A DNA stretch of 47,565 nt from Deltaproteobacteria bacterium (lineage in GTDB: Bacteria; Myxococcota_A; UBA9160; SMWR01), in assembly GCA_032128375.1 (NCBI GenBank), contig JAQBGU010000211.1:1-47565 (forward strand), written 5' to 3'. Each line of letters opens with the position of its first letter. The first letter of the stretch is position 1. Shown here in pieces: positions 20,616-31,130 of this stretch. Below the pieces are notes generated by a model. The model made no database searches and was not told the origin of the DNA. It saw only the letters and a program-made list of their open reading frames with translations. Position numbers and translations under genes: made by a program.

Positions 20616-21232
20616 CACGCAACGCGCCCTCGCGGGTTGTCTTGGGATTCAAACTGCGCGAGGGCGATGCGTCCCGTTCGGTTTAGACGTCTCGCGCGGT
20701 CTGTGTCAGGTGGAACCGGCTCGGTCGCGCCGGGCTTCGCTTGCTTGGCTTTCATCTGCGGGCTTTCATCTGCGGACTTTCCTTTGTTGGACTTTCCTTT
20801 GTTGGAGAAGTGCAACAGGCGCAGGTCCACGATCCGCCACCCTTGCGTGGTGCGCCGGTGTTCGATCTCATACACGCCGCCGATGTGCGGAGTGAGCCCG
20901 TGCATGTAGCTTCGCGTGCGCGCCACGTCGCCATCGATTTCGAACACGTGGTTGGCGAAGAAATGCTTTGGGTTGGTGTCATCAAGCTGCCCGAGTCCTT
21001 TTCGCAGCCAATCGATGATCAGGTCCCGGCCCGCCAGTTGGACGTCTTCGAGGCCCCACAGTTCGAGTCCCAGGTAGGCACACCTGGCGTCGGATGCGAA
21101 GACCCGATCGAGGCCATCGAAATCGTTGCGGTCGATGGTCTGGTGGTATCGACTCAGTAGTTCCGTCAGCTCCACGCGGTCGGCGACGGATCGGAATTCC
21201 GCTCGAGTGATCGGTATCTCGTCCAGGTTCAC
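20609..21232 (-). CDS. SnoaL-like/NTF2 family protein with a frameshift-extended C-terminus
   Basis: LLSRYHQTIDRNDF, VFASDA, HFFANHVFEIDGD, GWRI; GGGAG SD before GTG 21232. Confidence 0.8.
   Translation of the reverse strand: MNLDEIPITRAEFRSVADRVELTELLSRYHQTIDRNDFDGLDRVFASDARCAYLGLELWGLEDVQLAGRDLIIDWLRKGLGQLDDTNPKHFFANHVFEIDGDVARTRSYMHGLTPHIGGVYEIEHRRTTQGWRIVDLRLLHFSNKGKSNKGKSADESPQMKAKQAKPGATEPVPPDTDRARRLNRTGRIALAQFESQDNPRGRVACQ
20747..20804. repeat. Adjacent 14-bp and 15-bp tandem duplications
   Basis: GGCTTTCATCTGCG x2 (20747-20774), then GACTTTCCTTTGTTG x2 (20775-20804). Confidence 0.92.
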
Positions 21233-21275
21233 GGTGGCTCTCCCAATGGGTCGAGAATCGTTTTGAAGATGTGGA

Positions 21276-22124
21276 TCAGGCGCCCGGCGCGCCCGGGATG
21301 ATCTTGCCGGCGGTGTAGCCAGCGTCGACCGCATAGTCTCCGCCAGTGCAGGCCGCCGCTTCGTCGGATGCCAAGAACAGAATCACGGCGGCGATGTCTT
21401 CAACGCTCGTGCGCCGGTTCAGCACGTTGTGAGAAACCGAAACGCGCAGGTCGGGAGTCGGCTCGCCGCGTTCCTTGGCCTGTCGAGAGGCCTGTCGAGA
21501 GGCTTGTCGAGAGGCCTGTTTGAAGCGTTGGATTTGTTTCTCGACGAACGGCTGGATCATTTCGAAGCTTCCGCTACCGGGACAAACGGTGTTCACGCGG
21601 ATTCCATACTTCCCGAGTTCGAGTGCAGCGACCTTCGTCAGTCCGCGGACGCCCCATTTGCTCGACGCGTAGGCGGAGACTCCATTCATTCCTTCGAGTC
21701 CATCGATCGACGAGATGTTCACGATCGAACCAGCGCCAGATTCCTTCATGTCGTCGATAACGGCGCGCATTCCCAGAAAAGTGCCGACCTGGTTCACCAT
21801 CACGACGCGAATGAAATCTTCGCGGGTGGTATCTTCGAGCGCCTCGACCTGTAGTACGGCGGCGTTGTTCACCAGCACATCCACCGGGCCGAATTCGCTG
21901 CGCGCGTATCGGATAGCTCGCTCCCAGTCTTCCTCGCTCGTGACATCGGCGTGCGTGTAGCGCGCCGCGTCTCCGAGGTTCTTTGCGACGTCCTCCCCGA
22001 GATGATCGAGAATGTCCACCAATAAGACGCGGGCGCCTTCGCGGATGAAGCGCTTCGCCGTAGCGGCGCCGGTTCCCCGCGCGCCACCCGTGACGATTGC
22101 CACCTTGCCTTCGAGCCGCGCCAT
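21276..22124 (-). CDS. Classical SDR oxidoreductase (3alpha,20beta-hydroxysteroid dehydrogenase-like)
   Basis: TGGARGTG, LVNNAA, NISS, YASSK; GGAGG SD. Confidence 0.9.
   Translation of the reverse strand: MARLEGKVAIVTGGARGTGAATAKRFIREGARVLLVDILDHLGEDVAKNLGDAARYTHADVTSEEDWERAIRYARSEFGPVDVLVNNAAVLQVEALEDTTREDFIRVVMVNQVGTFLGMRAVIDDMKESGAGSIVNISSIDGLEGMNGVSAYASSKWGVRGLTKVAALELGKYGIRVNTVCPGSGSFEMIQPFVEKQIQRFKQASRQASRQASRQAKERGEPTPDLRVSVSHNVLNRRTSVEDIAAVILFLASDEAAACTGGDYAVDAGYTAGKIIPGAPGA
21477..21519. repeat. 12-bp tandem repeat x3.5 inside the SDR gene
   Basis: GGCCTGTCGAGA / GGCCTGTCGAGA / GGCTTGTCGAGA / GGCCTGT, encoding QASR repeats. Confidence 0.9.
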
Positions 22125-22354
22125 GGCTCCTCCGTATCCAATCAGCACCCGTCTGACCAGGACCAGTGTCCAGACCGCGAGCGGATGAGTCAAGCGTTTT
22201 TCATTCGGTCTGAGTGGCCCAACGATCTCGCCACACGTCGAGCGTCCGAGCGCGCACCCGGGGAGGGCTGCCCAGGGGTGCCGAAGGACTGATCATTTCA
22301 TTCATGCAATTGCCGATCCGGCTGGCACGATCCGGCCTGCGCCCAGGTGGCCAA

Positions 22355-23152
22355 CTATTCCCCAGTGAACACCGCCTTGCGTTTCTCCGCGAACGCGCGA
22401 GGTCCTTCGCGCGCGTCGCGCGTTCCGAATATGGGGCCGCCAATCTCGAGTTCGCGTGCCAGTGCATCGGCTTCGCTGTAGCTTTCGTCGACCTCGCGAA
22501 GCATGCGCATCAGCGCGCGAATCGAAAGCGGGCCGTTGTCGCAGATCTGGCTGGCGATCTTCCGCGCTTCGGCCAGCGCCTCACCGCGCGGGACCACGCG
22601 TCCGATCAAGCCGAAATCCAATGCCTCTTGTGCGGTGATGTGGCGCGCGGTCAGCAGAATCTCGGCCGCCAGCGTATAGGGGATCTGTCTGCGCAGGCGA
22701 ACGCTCGATCCACCCAGTGGGAACAGGCCGCGCTTCGCCTCGGTGACGCCGAATGTCGCGTCCCGCGCGGCGACGCGAATGTCGGTGCCCTGCAGGATCT
22801 CGGTACCACCTGCGACTGCGAAGCCCTCGACGGCCGCGATGATCGGCTTCAGGGGACGGTTGTGACGCAGTAGTGCCTGCCAATGCAGGTCTGGCACTTC
22901 AGCCGAAAATTTCTGAAACTCGACGTCCTTGTGTCCGTCGCCCATGACCTTCAAGTCTGCCCCGGCGCAGAACACACCTCCCTTGCCGGTGAGAATCGCC
23001 ACACGCAGCTCGTCGTCTTCGTCGAGCTGCCGCCAAGCTTGGTACATCCCCAGCAGCATTCCAGCGCTGAGTGCGTTCCTGGCTTCGGGGCGGTTGAGTG
23101 TCACGACCAACACGTGACCCTCGCGTTCAACTAGACAGTGTTCTGTATTCAT
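22355..23152 (-). CDS. Enoyl-CoA hydratase/crotonase (EchA19-like)
   Basis: LNRPEARNAL, FCAGADLK, AGGTEILQGTDIR, EAKRGLFP. Confidence 0.92.
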   Translation of the reverse strand: MNTEHCLVEREGHVLVVTLNRPEARNALSAGMLLGMYQAWRQLDEDDELRVAILTGKGGVFCAGADLKVMGDGHKDVEFQKFSAEVPDLHWQALLRHNRPLKPIIAAVEGFAVAGGTEILQGTDIRVAARDATFGVTEAKRGLFPLGGSSVRLRRQIPYTLAAEILLTARHITAQEALDFGLIGRVVPRGEALAEARKIASQICDNGPLSIRALMRMLREVDESYSEADALARELEIGGPIFGTRDAREGPRAFAEKRKAVFTGE

Positions 23153-23325
23153 GGCGCCTCCTCCTTGATTTGCGACGGCGCATGCCGGTTGGAAACGGGT
23201 GCTACGCTATCGGACCTCGCCTCGTTTTCCAGCATCATGCGTTTGGCCGAACGATCATTGGGCTCGGGATTCGGCCGAGCGACCTGGCGGAGGAGTTCTC
23301 CACACCTACAGTGCGAGTGCGAAGC

Positions 23326-26061
23326 GTGAAGACCGACGACAGCCTGCCGGGGCTCTGTTCCATCGTGTTGACCGTCGCTGGGTGTTTGATGATCGCGTGC
23401 ATGCTGCCGCTGCATGCGAATGCGGAGTTGGCTGCGGGCCAGATCGGGTTGGACACGCCCGAGAGGGTACGAGCCCGTGGCAGCGATGCGATCGCAGGTA
23501 TCGGCGATTGGGTGCTCAGCAACGGGTTTCTGTGCGCTGCAGTGCTCGGAGCGAATTCTGAGGGCCAGTTGGTCGTGGGCGGCGGCAGCCTGGTGGACCT
23601 CGCTCATTGCGGCCGTAGCGATGACCAGTGGATCGGACTCGAGCCGCTCTACAACCTGTCACGCATGGAGTTTCTGACGGTCGGAGACGTAACGGCCGAG
23701 GTCACGGCGCACGAATCGCGCATCGCAACGGAGGCCCGCGAGGACGGGTTGGTTCTGACCACCGCGTTCGTGCTCGATCTTGCGCACCCGCAGCGGATCA
23801 GAATCGAAAGCCGTCTCGCGCGGGAAGGACCCGGGCGCAGCTTGTTCAGTTGGTCCGAGCTGACACTCCACGCGAATAACGCGCTGCGAAACTTCACGCT
23901 CAACCGGGTCGGCCATCACGAGGGCTTCGAGCACATCCACTTGGAGCGATCGCCGTACCTTCGAATTGCTTCGGCGATCCGAAGCTCTTCGTCATCGATT
24001 CTGGTGGGAAGTGACGAACAGGGTCCACCCATCGCGTACGGGTACCGGGTTACCCGCCTCGAACGCGAAGATGCCGATGGACGGCGAACCCCGCTCGACC
24101 AGTTTGGCTTGAGTATGGATTCGGTTTCGATGTTCAACCTGTTCAGCGAGCCGTTGTGGTTTTCCAGCGATGGTTTGGGTTTGCTGCAGGCCGCCCAGGT
24201 GCCGTTCATGGATCTGGAACAGGGCTCGGCGATCGTGTTCGAGCGAGAAGTTCGCGTGTCTCTGCGTTCGGATGTGGCATCGCTGACAGACGACTTGCTG
24301 ACGGATGCCGTGGTCGTTTCTGGAATCGTGAGCGACCCGTTGGCCCGGTTGCACTTCGATCGGTCCGACGGGGAGGCCTCCAGTCCAGAGGCCTTCAGTC
24401 CGGAGACAATGGCTCGACCGGATCCCGACGGTCGGTTCAGTCTGCGACTCAGAGCGGGAAGCTATCGCGTGCGCGTGTTGGCGCCTGGCGGACGATCGAT
24501 CGAGCGGCGGTTCGAAGTGAGCGGGCCCAGGTTCAACCCATCCGCAGGCGAAAGGCAGGCAAAGCTCGAACTCGAACCCATTGACTTGCCCAAAGGGTCG
24601 CGAGTCGCGCTACCCCGGGGCTACCCGATGCGGCTGGTCTTCCGCGGGGTAGGCGATACGCCAGACCCGCGCTTTGGCGATGATCTCACCCAGGCCCGAA
24701 TCGGCGGTGTGCTGCGCGAGAATAGCCGGCTGTCGACTGATGTTCATCTGACCGGAACCGTGGGCGATCCGACCGAAGTGTCGATCGCGCCGGGTCACTA
24801 CCAGGTGTACGCAACCCACGGCCCCGAGTTCGCTGTGACCCGCGCCGAACTTCACGTCGCACGCGGCACGACGGCAAGGCTCGAGATCGCTCCACCGTTG
24901 CGTGAGCTGGAATCTCCGGGCTGGATCTCAGCCGATTTTCATGTCCACGCGGCGCCGAGTTTCGATTCGACTCTCTCACAGCGCAACCGGATCGCGTCGT
25001 TTGTCGCCGAGGGCGGGGAAGTCATCGCTGCGACAGACCACGACGTCGTCAGCAGCTACGCGGCGATCATTCGCGAGATGGGGCTCGCCAAGCGGCTTCA
25101 CAGTCTCAGTGGCGTCGAAGTGACGAGCATCTCGCACAGTGACACAACCCCGTTTTCCGGTGGACACATCAATGTCTACCCGGTTCCGTTTCGGCCCGCG
25201 CTTACGCGCGGCGGTGCGCTGCGCGGCGAAGCCACGCGTCTGCGCGGTATCATCGCACAGGCGCAAACGCTGCCGATGCGGCCCATCGTCCAGCTCAACC
25301 ACCCCCGCGATACGACCGGGGAAAGCCACGGTGGTGCCTTCTTCGAGCACCTGGCGGTCGTCGACGAGCCCTACGATGCGAAGCGCCCGATCGACGCTGA
25401 ACCGAACCGAGTACTACTCGAACGCGACCCCGAAAGCGGCCTGCGCGACATCGACTTCGACGCCATCGAGCTGCTCAACGGCGGACACATGGACGCGTAT
25501 CGAATCGTACGCAGCGACTGGTTCTCGCTGCTGCGCCAGGGATACCGGATCACCGGGATGGCCAACAGCGATACCCACGGGTTTGGCGCGGTGGCCGGTG
25601 TTCCGCGCAACTACCTGAGCCTGTCCGATGAACGTTTCGACGACTCGGCTAGCCAGGGGCTGGCCGACCGGGTTCTCATCGACGCCGTGCGCCGCGGCGC
25701 GAGCTTTGGAACCACGGGTCCGCTCATCGATGTGTTACTCGGCGATACTCGCCCAGGCGACCCCTTCAGCGGCACGGCCGGGACGCTTCGCGTCGATGTA
25801 CGCGCGGCATCGTGGGTCCCCATGTCGTCGCTGCGCGTCTATGTGAATGGTCGTATCGCGAGCGAAACTGCGTTGACCGCCCCACGCACGCTTGCCGTGG
25901 ATCTCCGGTTCGACGCCGACGCCTTCGTGACGGTCGAGGTGATCGGTCAGGCGTCGGGCGCATACCAGGCCGTCCTACCTGGATTCGATCCGATCGCGTT
26001 CAGCAACCCGATCTACGTAGATGCCGATGGCGACGGAGCGTGGACGCCGCCTGGTCTCTGA
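23326..26061 (+). CDS. Secreted CehA/McbA-type PHP metallohydrolase
   Basis: Signal-like segment ending ANA; ADFHVH, ATDHD, GHINVYP, NHPR, IELLNG, NSDTH; start uncertain (23311-23388). Confidence 0.8.
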   Translation: MKTDDSLPGLCSIVLTVAGCLMIACMLPLHANAELAAGQIGLDTPERVRARGSDAIAGIGDWVLSNGFLCAAVLGANSEGQLVVGGGSLVDLAHCGRSDDQWIGLEPLYNLSRMEFLTVGDVTAEVTAHESRIATEAREDGLVLTTAFVLDLAHPQRIRIESRLAREGPGRSLFSWSELTLHANNALRNFTLNRVGHHEGFEHIHLERSPYLRIASAIRSSSSSILVGSDEQGPPIAYGYRVTRLEREDADGRRTPLDQFGLSMDSVSMFNLFSEPLWFSSDGLGLLQAAQVPFMDLEQGSAIVFEREVRVSLRSDVASLTDDLLTDAVVVSGIVSDPLARLHFDRSDGEASSPEAFSPETMARPDPDGRFSLRLRAGSYRVRVLAPGGRSIERRFEVSGPRFNPSAGERQAKLELEPIDLPKGSRVALPRGYPMRLVFRGVGDTPDPRFGDDLTQARIGGVLRENSRLSTDVHLTGTVGDPTEVSIAPGHYQVYATHGPEFAVTRAELHVARGTTARLEIAPPLRELESPGWISADFHVHAAPSFDSTLSQRNRIASFVAEGGEVIAATDHDVVSSYAAIIREMGLAKRLHSLSGVEVTSISHSDTTPFSGGHINVYPVPFRPALTRGGALRGEATRLRGIIAQAQTLPMRPIVQLNHPRDTTGESHGGAFFEHLAVVDEPYDAKRPIDAEPNRVLLERDPESGLRDIDFDAIELLNGGHMDAYRIVRSDWFSLLRQGYRITGMANSDTHGFGAVAGVPRNYLSLSDERFDDSASQGLADRVLIDAVRRGASFGTTGPLIDVLLGDTRPGDPFSGTAGTLRVDVRAASWVPMSSLRVYVNGRIASETALTAPRTLAVDLRFDADAFVTVEVIGQASGAYQAVLPGFDPIAFSNPIYVDADGDGAWTPPGL
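24373..24405. repeat. 15-bp imperfect tandem duplication in the PHP hydrolase
   Basis: GAGGCCTCCAGTCCA / GAGGCCTTCAGTCCG / GAG, encoding EASSP-EAFSP-E. Confidence 0.75.
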
Positions 26062-26097
26062 CGCTGGGTACTACCGCGCACTGCCTCGCGCGAACTT

Positions 26098-29000
26098 CTA
26101 CTCACACGCCTCGCGTTCGAAGCGATCGAGCCCTTCGCTCAAATGCTGTTGGTAGCGTTTGATGTTCTCGAGCTTGATATCTTCGTAGCCACGGACATCG
26201 CGCGGCAGGCGGGCGATCGCGATCGCATCGTCGATGCGTCCGGGTTTGAGTTCGCGCAATACGCGCTCGATCGCAATGCAGTATTGCCCGGGCAGGTCGC
26301 GTTCGATGCGTCGCAAGCGGGTCCAGCCGAAGGGGTCGAGCGGCGTTGCGCGCAGACGCTTGGCAGCCGCGAGAAGTGCCATCGCAGGCGCGGCCCACGT
26401 TCCCACTCGGATCTTGCGTTTCAATCCCAACGCGCGCAATAGAGGCGGGTGGAGCAGCCAATTGATCGTGTCGGTCTCTCCAGCGATCTCTCGTGCGGAT
26501 GCGAGAGCTTCTTCGCAAATCAGCAATCGCGCCACTTCGTACTCGTCTTTGTAGGCCATGAGTTGATGCAGACCATTCGCAACGGCCCGGGTGAGCCGGT
26601 TGGTACCGGCCGCGATCTGGGCTTCGCATCGAGCAACATGCGCCAGCGTCGACAGGAACCGATTTGCACTGTGGACATCCTGGTGATCGATCAAGTTGCG
26701 GGAATACATCCGCAGCACGCTCGCAAATTCTAGATCGGCTTCGCTGATCGCATCGATCCGCTCGGCGACCGATTCTGGCAATGCCGACAGGTCGTGAGTC
26801 CCGGCTGGGATTGGCGTCTGTCGCTCGGATATGGCGCGGGCGACGTGTTCGGGCGCTGCGATCTGTAAGCGCCCCCAACGAAAGGCAGCACGGTTGGAAT
26901 CGACGGCGACCCCGTTGAGCTCGAGTGCTCGTTCGATCGACTCGGGCCGGATCGGCAGGCATCCGGCTTGAATCGCCATGCCTACGACGAAAATGTTCGC
27001 GGTGACCGACTCTCCGAGCAGTGCGGCTGTGATCGCTGCTGCGTCGGCCCAATGCTGTTGGTCGCGACGAGTGACTCGTGCGATCCGCGCGCTCAATTCG
27101 TCGATGCCTGGAAGCTCGATGGTCGGCTGTGTGATCATCGCGCCAGTCGGAGTCCCAGTGGTCGAGCCCACGACGGCGGTTTTCTGAGGTGCCGTGACCA
27201 GCAGGCCAGCGGGCGATGAAGCCGCCAATGCGTCGAATGCCAGCAGCAGATCAGCGCAACCCGCACCGATCCGATTGGTTTCGGCCGCGCGGCCACGCCG
27301 CAAGCGCAAATCGCTGACCACCGGGCCGGCCTTTTGCGAAAGACCTATCTGGTCGAGACCGCGCACCTCGAAGCCATCGAACGCCGCTGCTGTCCCGAGC
27401 ACCTGGGAGACGGTGACGACACCGGTGCCTCCAATGCCAGTCATCCGGGTTGCGAAGTCGTCCGGGTCGGCGACGACGATCGTCGGCTCTGGGATGTCCA
27501 CGCTGGGCAGCGAAATCGCGATGGCTGCAACCGGCTTCGTTGTAGGATGCCCGTCGGGCCTGATTCGCCGCCACCAGCGTCGCAGCGCCAGTTGCCAATT
27601 CGGCGCTTTCGACACCGTCATGAACGAAGGGCAGTCTCCTTCGAGGCACGAGAAATCTAGATTGCACGACCCCGTATCGATCGCGGTCTTGCGACCGAAG
27701 GGCGTCGCGATGGGTTGTACGGACAGGCAGTTGCTGATTCGTCCACAATCGCCGCAGCCCTCACAGACCCGAGCGTTGATTGCGACCTGGCGGTTGGGGG
27801 TGGGGACCCGGTTGCGCTTTCGCGCGCGACGGCTTTCCGCGGCGCAGGCCTGATCGTGAATCAGCACCGACACCCCTTCGACTCGGGCCAACTGCTCCTG
27901 GGCCTCGATCAGCCGCGAGCGTTCCCAGACCTCGACTCCGGCCGGTAGCGGCGCATTCGCGGTTCTCGAGACATCGTCCGATGTGACTAGCACTCGCGCG
28001 ACGCCCTGGGCGAGCAGAATCTGCGCCACGCTGGCGATCGAGGTGCGTCCCGGGGCTGCTTGGCCTCCGGTCATCGCGACCGCTCCATTCCACAACAGCT
28101 TGTAGGTGATGCAAACGCCGGCCGCGACCGCGGCCTGAATCGCGAGTTGGCCGCTGTGAAAGAACGTGCCGTCGCCCAGGTTCTGGATCATATGTCGCCG
28201 CTCGACAAACTCCGACATTCCGATCCACTGCACGCCCTCGTTGCCCATGCAGGTCAAACCCGCGATGTCGCCGACACGATGCGGATCCATCAGCATCGTC
28301 ATGGTGTGACAGCCGATTCCGGCGCCGACCAGCGTGCCCTTCGCGACCTAGGTACTGCGGTTGTGGGGACAGCCAGAGCAGTAGAAGGGCGATCGCTGGA
28401 CGCTGAGCGTCGTGAGCTCGGTGTCGGGGGCAGTCGGCTCGGGAGCGAGCCGGTCGCCGAGCCGATCAGCCAGCCTGCGACGCAGCGCGGGAAGGATGTC
28501 GTCGGCCGACAGGCCTCCGTGTCCCGCAAGCAGGCGGCCGCCGTGTTCGTCGAATTTTCCGATGACCAGTGGATGTTCGGCGCGGTTGTACAGCGCGTCT
28601 TTGACCAGCGATTCGATATTCGGTTGCTTCTCCTCGATCACGATCAGCTCGCGTAGCCCTCGAGCGAAGTGGTGGATCGTGGTCGGGTTGAAGGGCAACG
28701 GCATCTGCATTTTCAATAGACGAATGCCGGCCTCCGCGATCTGGTGTTCGGATTTCAGACCGAGTCTCCGAAGCGCCTCGCGGACCTCGCGGTAGGTAAT
28801 TCCCGAGGAAATGATGCCGATCCAAGCGTCGGGCGGATCGACGTTCGTGTAGTTGAGCTGGTTGGCCAACGCGTACTCGATTGCCAGCGCATAACGGACT
28901 TCGTAGATCTCGCGTTCCAGATCGATCGTGTGCGGTGTGAGTAGCCTTCCATCGGGAACGCACACGTAGGGCGCGCCATTGTGAAGTGGAACCTTGGGCT

Positions 29001-29721
29001 GGACCCGATCCGGGTCGAGCCAGATCGTGGCACTTCCATCCGCGACGTCGGCCACGATCTTCAACCCTGCCCACAGGCCGGTGCAGCGCGCCAGAGCGAT
29101 CGCGTGTCGGCCGAGGTCGAGCGCTTCGCCGGGATCGCCTGGATACAACATCGGGATGTGCATATCGAGCAGCGTTCCAGCGGATGAAGAGGGCAGGGTC
29201 GAGCTCTTCGCGCCCGGGTCGTCGCCGACCAGTGCAATGGCCCCGCCGCGATGTGAGCTTCCCGCGTACACCGCGTGGCGGAGCGCGTCGCTGGCCCGGT
29301 CCACGCCGGGCGCCTTGCCGTACCAGATTCCGACAACTCCGTCGTAGCGGCAATCGGGTTGCGCAGCGGCCAGCTGGGACCCCATTACGGCTGTGGCCGC
29401 GTACTCCTCGTTCAGTGCCGGTCGGCAGCTGATAGGCAGATCGCTCGCCAATCGCGCTGCACTGGCGATGGCCTGGTCGTAACCACCCAGCGGTGATCCG
29501 GGGTAGCCCGCTACGAACGCGGCGGTACGCAGCCCGGCGGCGCGATCCACGCGCAGTTGTTCGAGTGGAAGCCGAGCGAGCGCTTGGACTCCGGTCATGA
29601 AGACCGAGCCGCGGTCTTTGGTGTAGCGGTCGGAGAGCTGATAGTCCTCGGGCAGGCCGCTGTGAGGACTCTGTTCGGGCGGCGGGGACTGGGAGGTGGA
29701 CCGGGAGGGGGAATGGGGCAT
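26098..29721 (-). pseudogene. Fused indolepyruvate:ferredoxin oxidoreductase family gene interrupted by one in-frame TAG (28350-28348)
   Basis: Both ORFs are in the same frame: GYPGSPLGG, WYGKAPGVDR, CSGCPHNRST-[TAG]-VAKGTLVGAGIGCH, GDGTFFHSG, CEGCGDC, GIGGTGVVT, YKDEYEVARL. Confidence 0.9.
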
Positions 29722-29879
29722 GACCGACGTATCGGCTGTCCGGCGGCAGGGCTTTTCGGGTTTGCTCTCGCACGCCCGCTTCGCGAGCCGAACTGCGGGG
29801 CTCGAGAGTCCGCTGCCGATTCCAGATACCCGCTCTGCGCTCCGGCGAATGCCGCGTGGGCGTGCCAGAATCATCTCTG

Positions 29880-30164
29880 ATGCCGCTACGCCAGAACGTC
29901 TTGATCCTGTATTTGTCGAGCTCCGCGTTGGACTCGACCGTCATCGCCTGGACGCGCTGGGACGGGTCGGGCGATCACACCCATATGGCCGGCGATGAGT
30001 CGGAGCCGCCCTACAAGACGGGGCTACACGCGTTGCGCGACGGATGGCGCCTATTCCAGTTCTCGCAGCTGACGCCCGAAACTCCGGGTGGGGAATTCCG
30101 CACTTCGTACCTGAAGTACGAGTTTGCATTCGAGCAGTGGGTCGAGGTCGACACGGGAAAATGA
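29880..30164 (+). CDS. Small hypothetical protein coupled to the PhyH gene
   Basis: 94-aa ORF (LRQNVLILYL...PPY.TG..ALRDGWRL...EFAFE); its TGA overlaps the next ATG (ATGA). Confidence 0.75.
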   Translation: MPLRQNVLILYLSSSALDSTVIAWTRWDGSGDHTHMAGDESEPPYKTGLHALRDGWRLFQFSQLTPETPGGEFRTSYLKYEFAFEQWVEVDTGK

Positions 30165-31060
30165 CTGTCGAAAAACGAACCCTGCTGACAAGCGTAGACA
30201 TCGCGCGGTTCGTCGCACGGGGCTCACTGGTTTTCGATGGGCTGGTCCCTGAGCGACTCAATCGGGCATTTCTGAACGCGGTCGAAAGCAGCGGCCCACC
30301 GCCGGGAAATGCTGCCGGGACGCGTCTAGTCGATTGCTATCGCGGCACGCCGATCCGCGAGATCCTCGATCTGCCAGGCATACAGGGGATCATCCAGAGT
30401 CTGGTCGGGCCGGACCCGATCTTCGATCATCACGGTGTTCATTTCAGCCAACCCGCCAGGGACTTCGAGAAGCGCGGCATCAAGGTCCATGCCCAGCACA
30501 CCCATCAAGACTCGACGATCGATGTGCGTCGCGCATTCGATGTGCAGCTGTTCTATTTCCCACAAGCCGTCACACCAGAAATGGGTGGTACCCGGTACAT
30601 ACCTGGGAGTCACCTGCGGATCGTCAACGAGGCAACGATCTCGCGCTACCAGAACTTCGTCGGGCAACAGAAAGTCGTGTGCCCGGCCGGCAGCATACTC
30701 GTTTGTCACCATGGGCTGTGGCACGGTGGTGAGGTCAACCGCAGCGACACGACGCGATACATGCTGAAGCTGCGCATCGCTCCCAGTGTGTCACAGGTTC
30801 GGTATTGGAATACCGACGATCTGACCGACGAGGCCATCGGCGCACGACCCATCTTCGACCCGACCCACGTCGCTGGTCTGGATGCCGACGACATCCGAAC
30901 GATCTTGTGTCGGCCGGAGCCGTGGTACGAGCTGGATACTGGGCGGCTCGAGTTCATCAACCGGATTCTGCTTTGGCGTTACCTGGTCGGTGATGAGCGG
31001 GCGGACATCGACTATTGGCTCGGCCGGATCGAGAACGATCCGGGTTCAGCGACGACGTAA
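30161..31060 (+). CDS. Phytanoyl-CoA dioxygenase (PhyH) family 2OG/Fe(II) enzyme
   Basis: HQD (HxD), GGTRYIPGSH, PAGS...HHGLWH, RYMLKLR. Confidence 0.85.
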   Translation: MTVEKRTLLTSVDIARFVARGSLVFDGLVPERLNRAFLNAVESSGPPPGNAAGTRLVDCYRGTPIREILDLPGIQGIIQSLVGPDPIFDHHGVHFSQPARDFEKRGIKVHAQHTHQDSTIDVRRAFDVQLFYFPQAVTPEMGGTRYIPGSHLRIVNEATISRYQNFVGQQKVVCPAGSILVCHHGLWHGGEVNRSDTTRYMLKLRIAPSVSQVRYWNTDDLTDEAIGARPIFDPTHVAGLDADDIRTILCRPEPWYELDTGRLEFINRILLWRYLVGDERADIDYWLGRIENDPGSATT

Positions 31061-31130
31061 GCCCGCATCGGTCCCAATCAATCGGCACAATTCGTGGCTG
31101 ATGAACCGGGCAGGCTGTTGACGCACGCCA

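Noticed and set aside
22151..22210. GTCTG...CAGAC imperfect palindrome and TTGACT-N17-GACACT upstream of the SDR gene
   Set aside because: Weak -10 and short arms; could be chance
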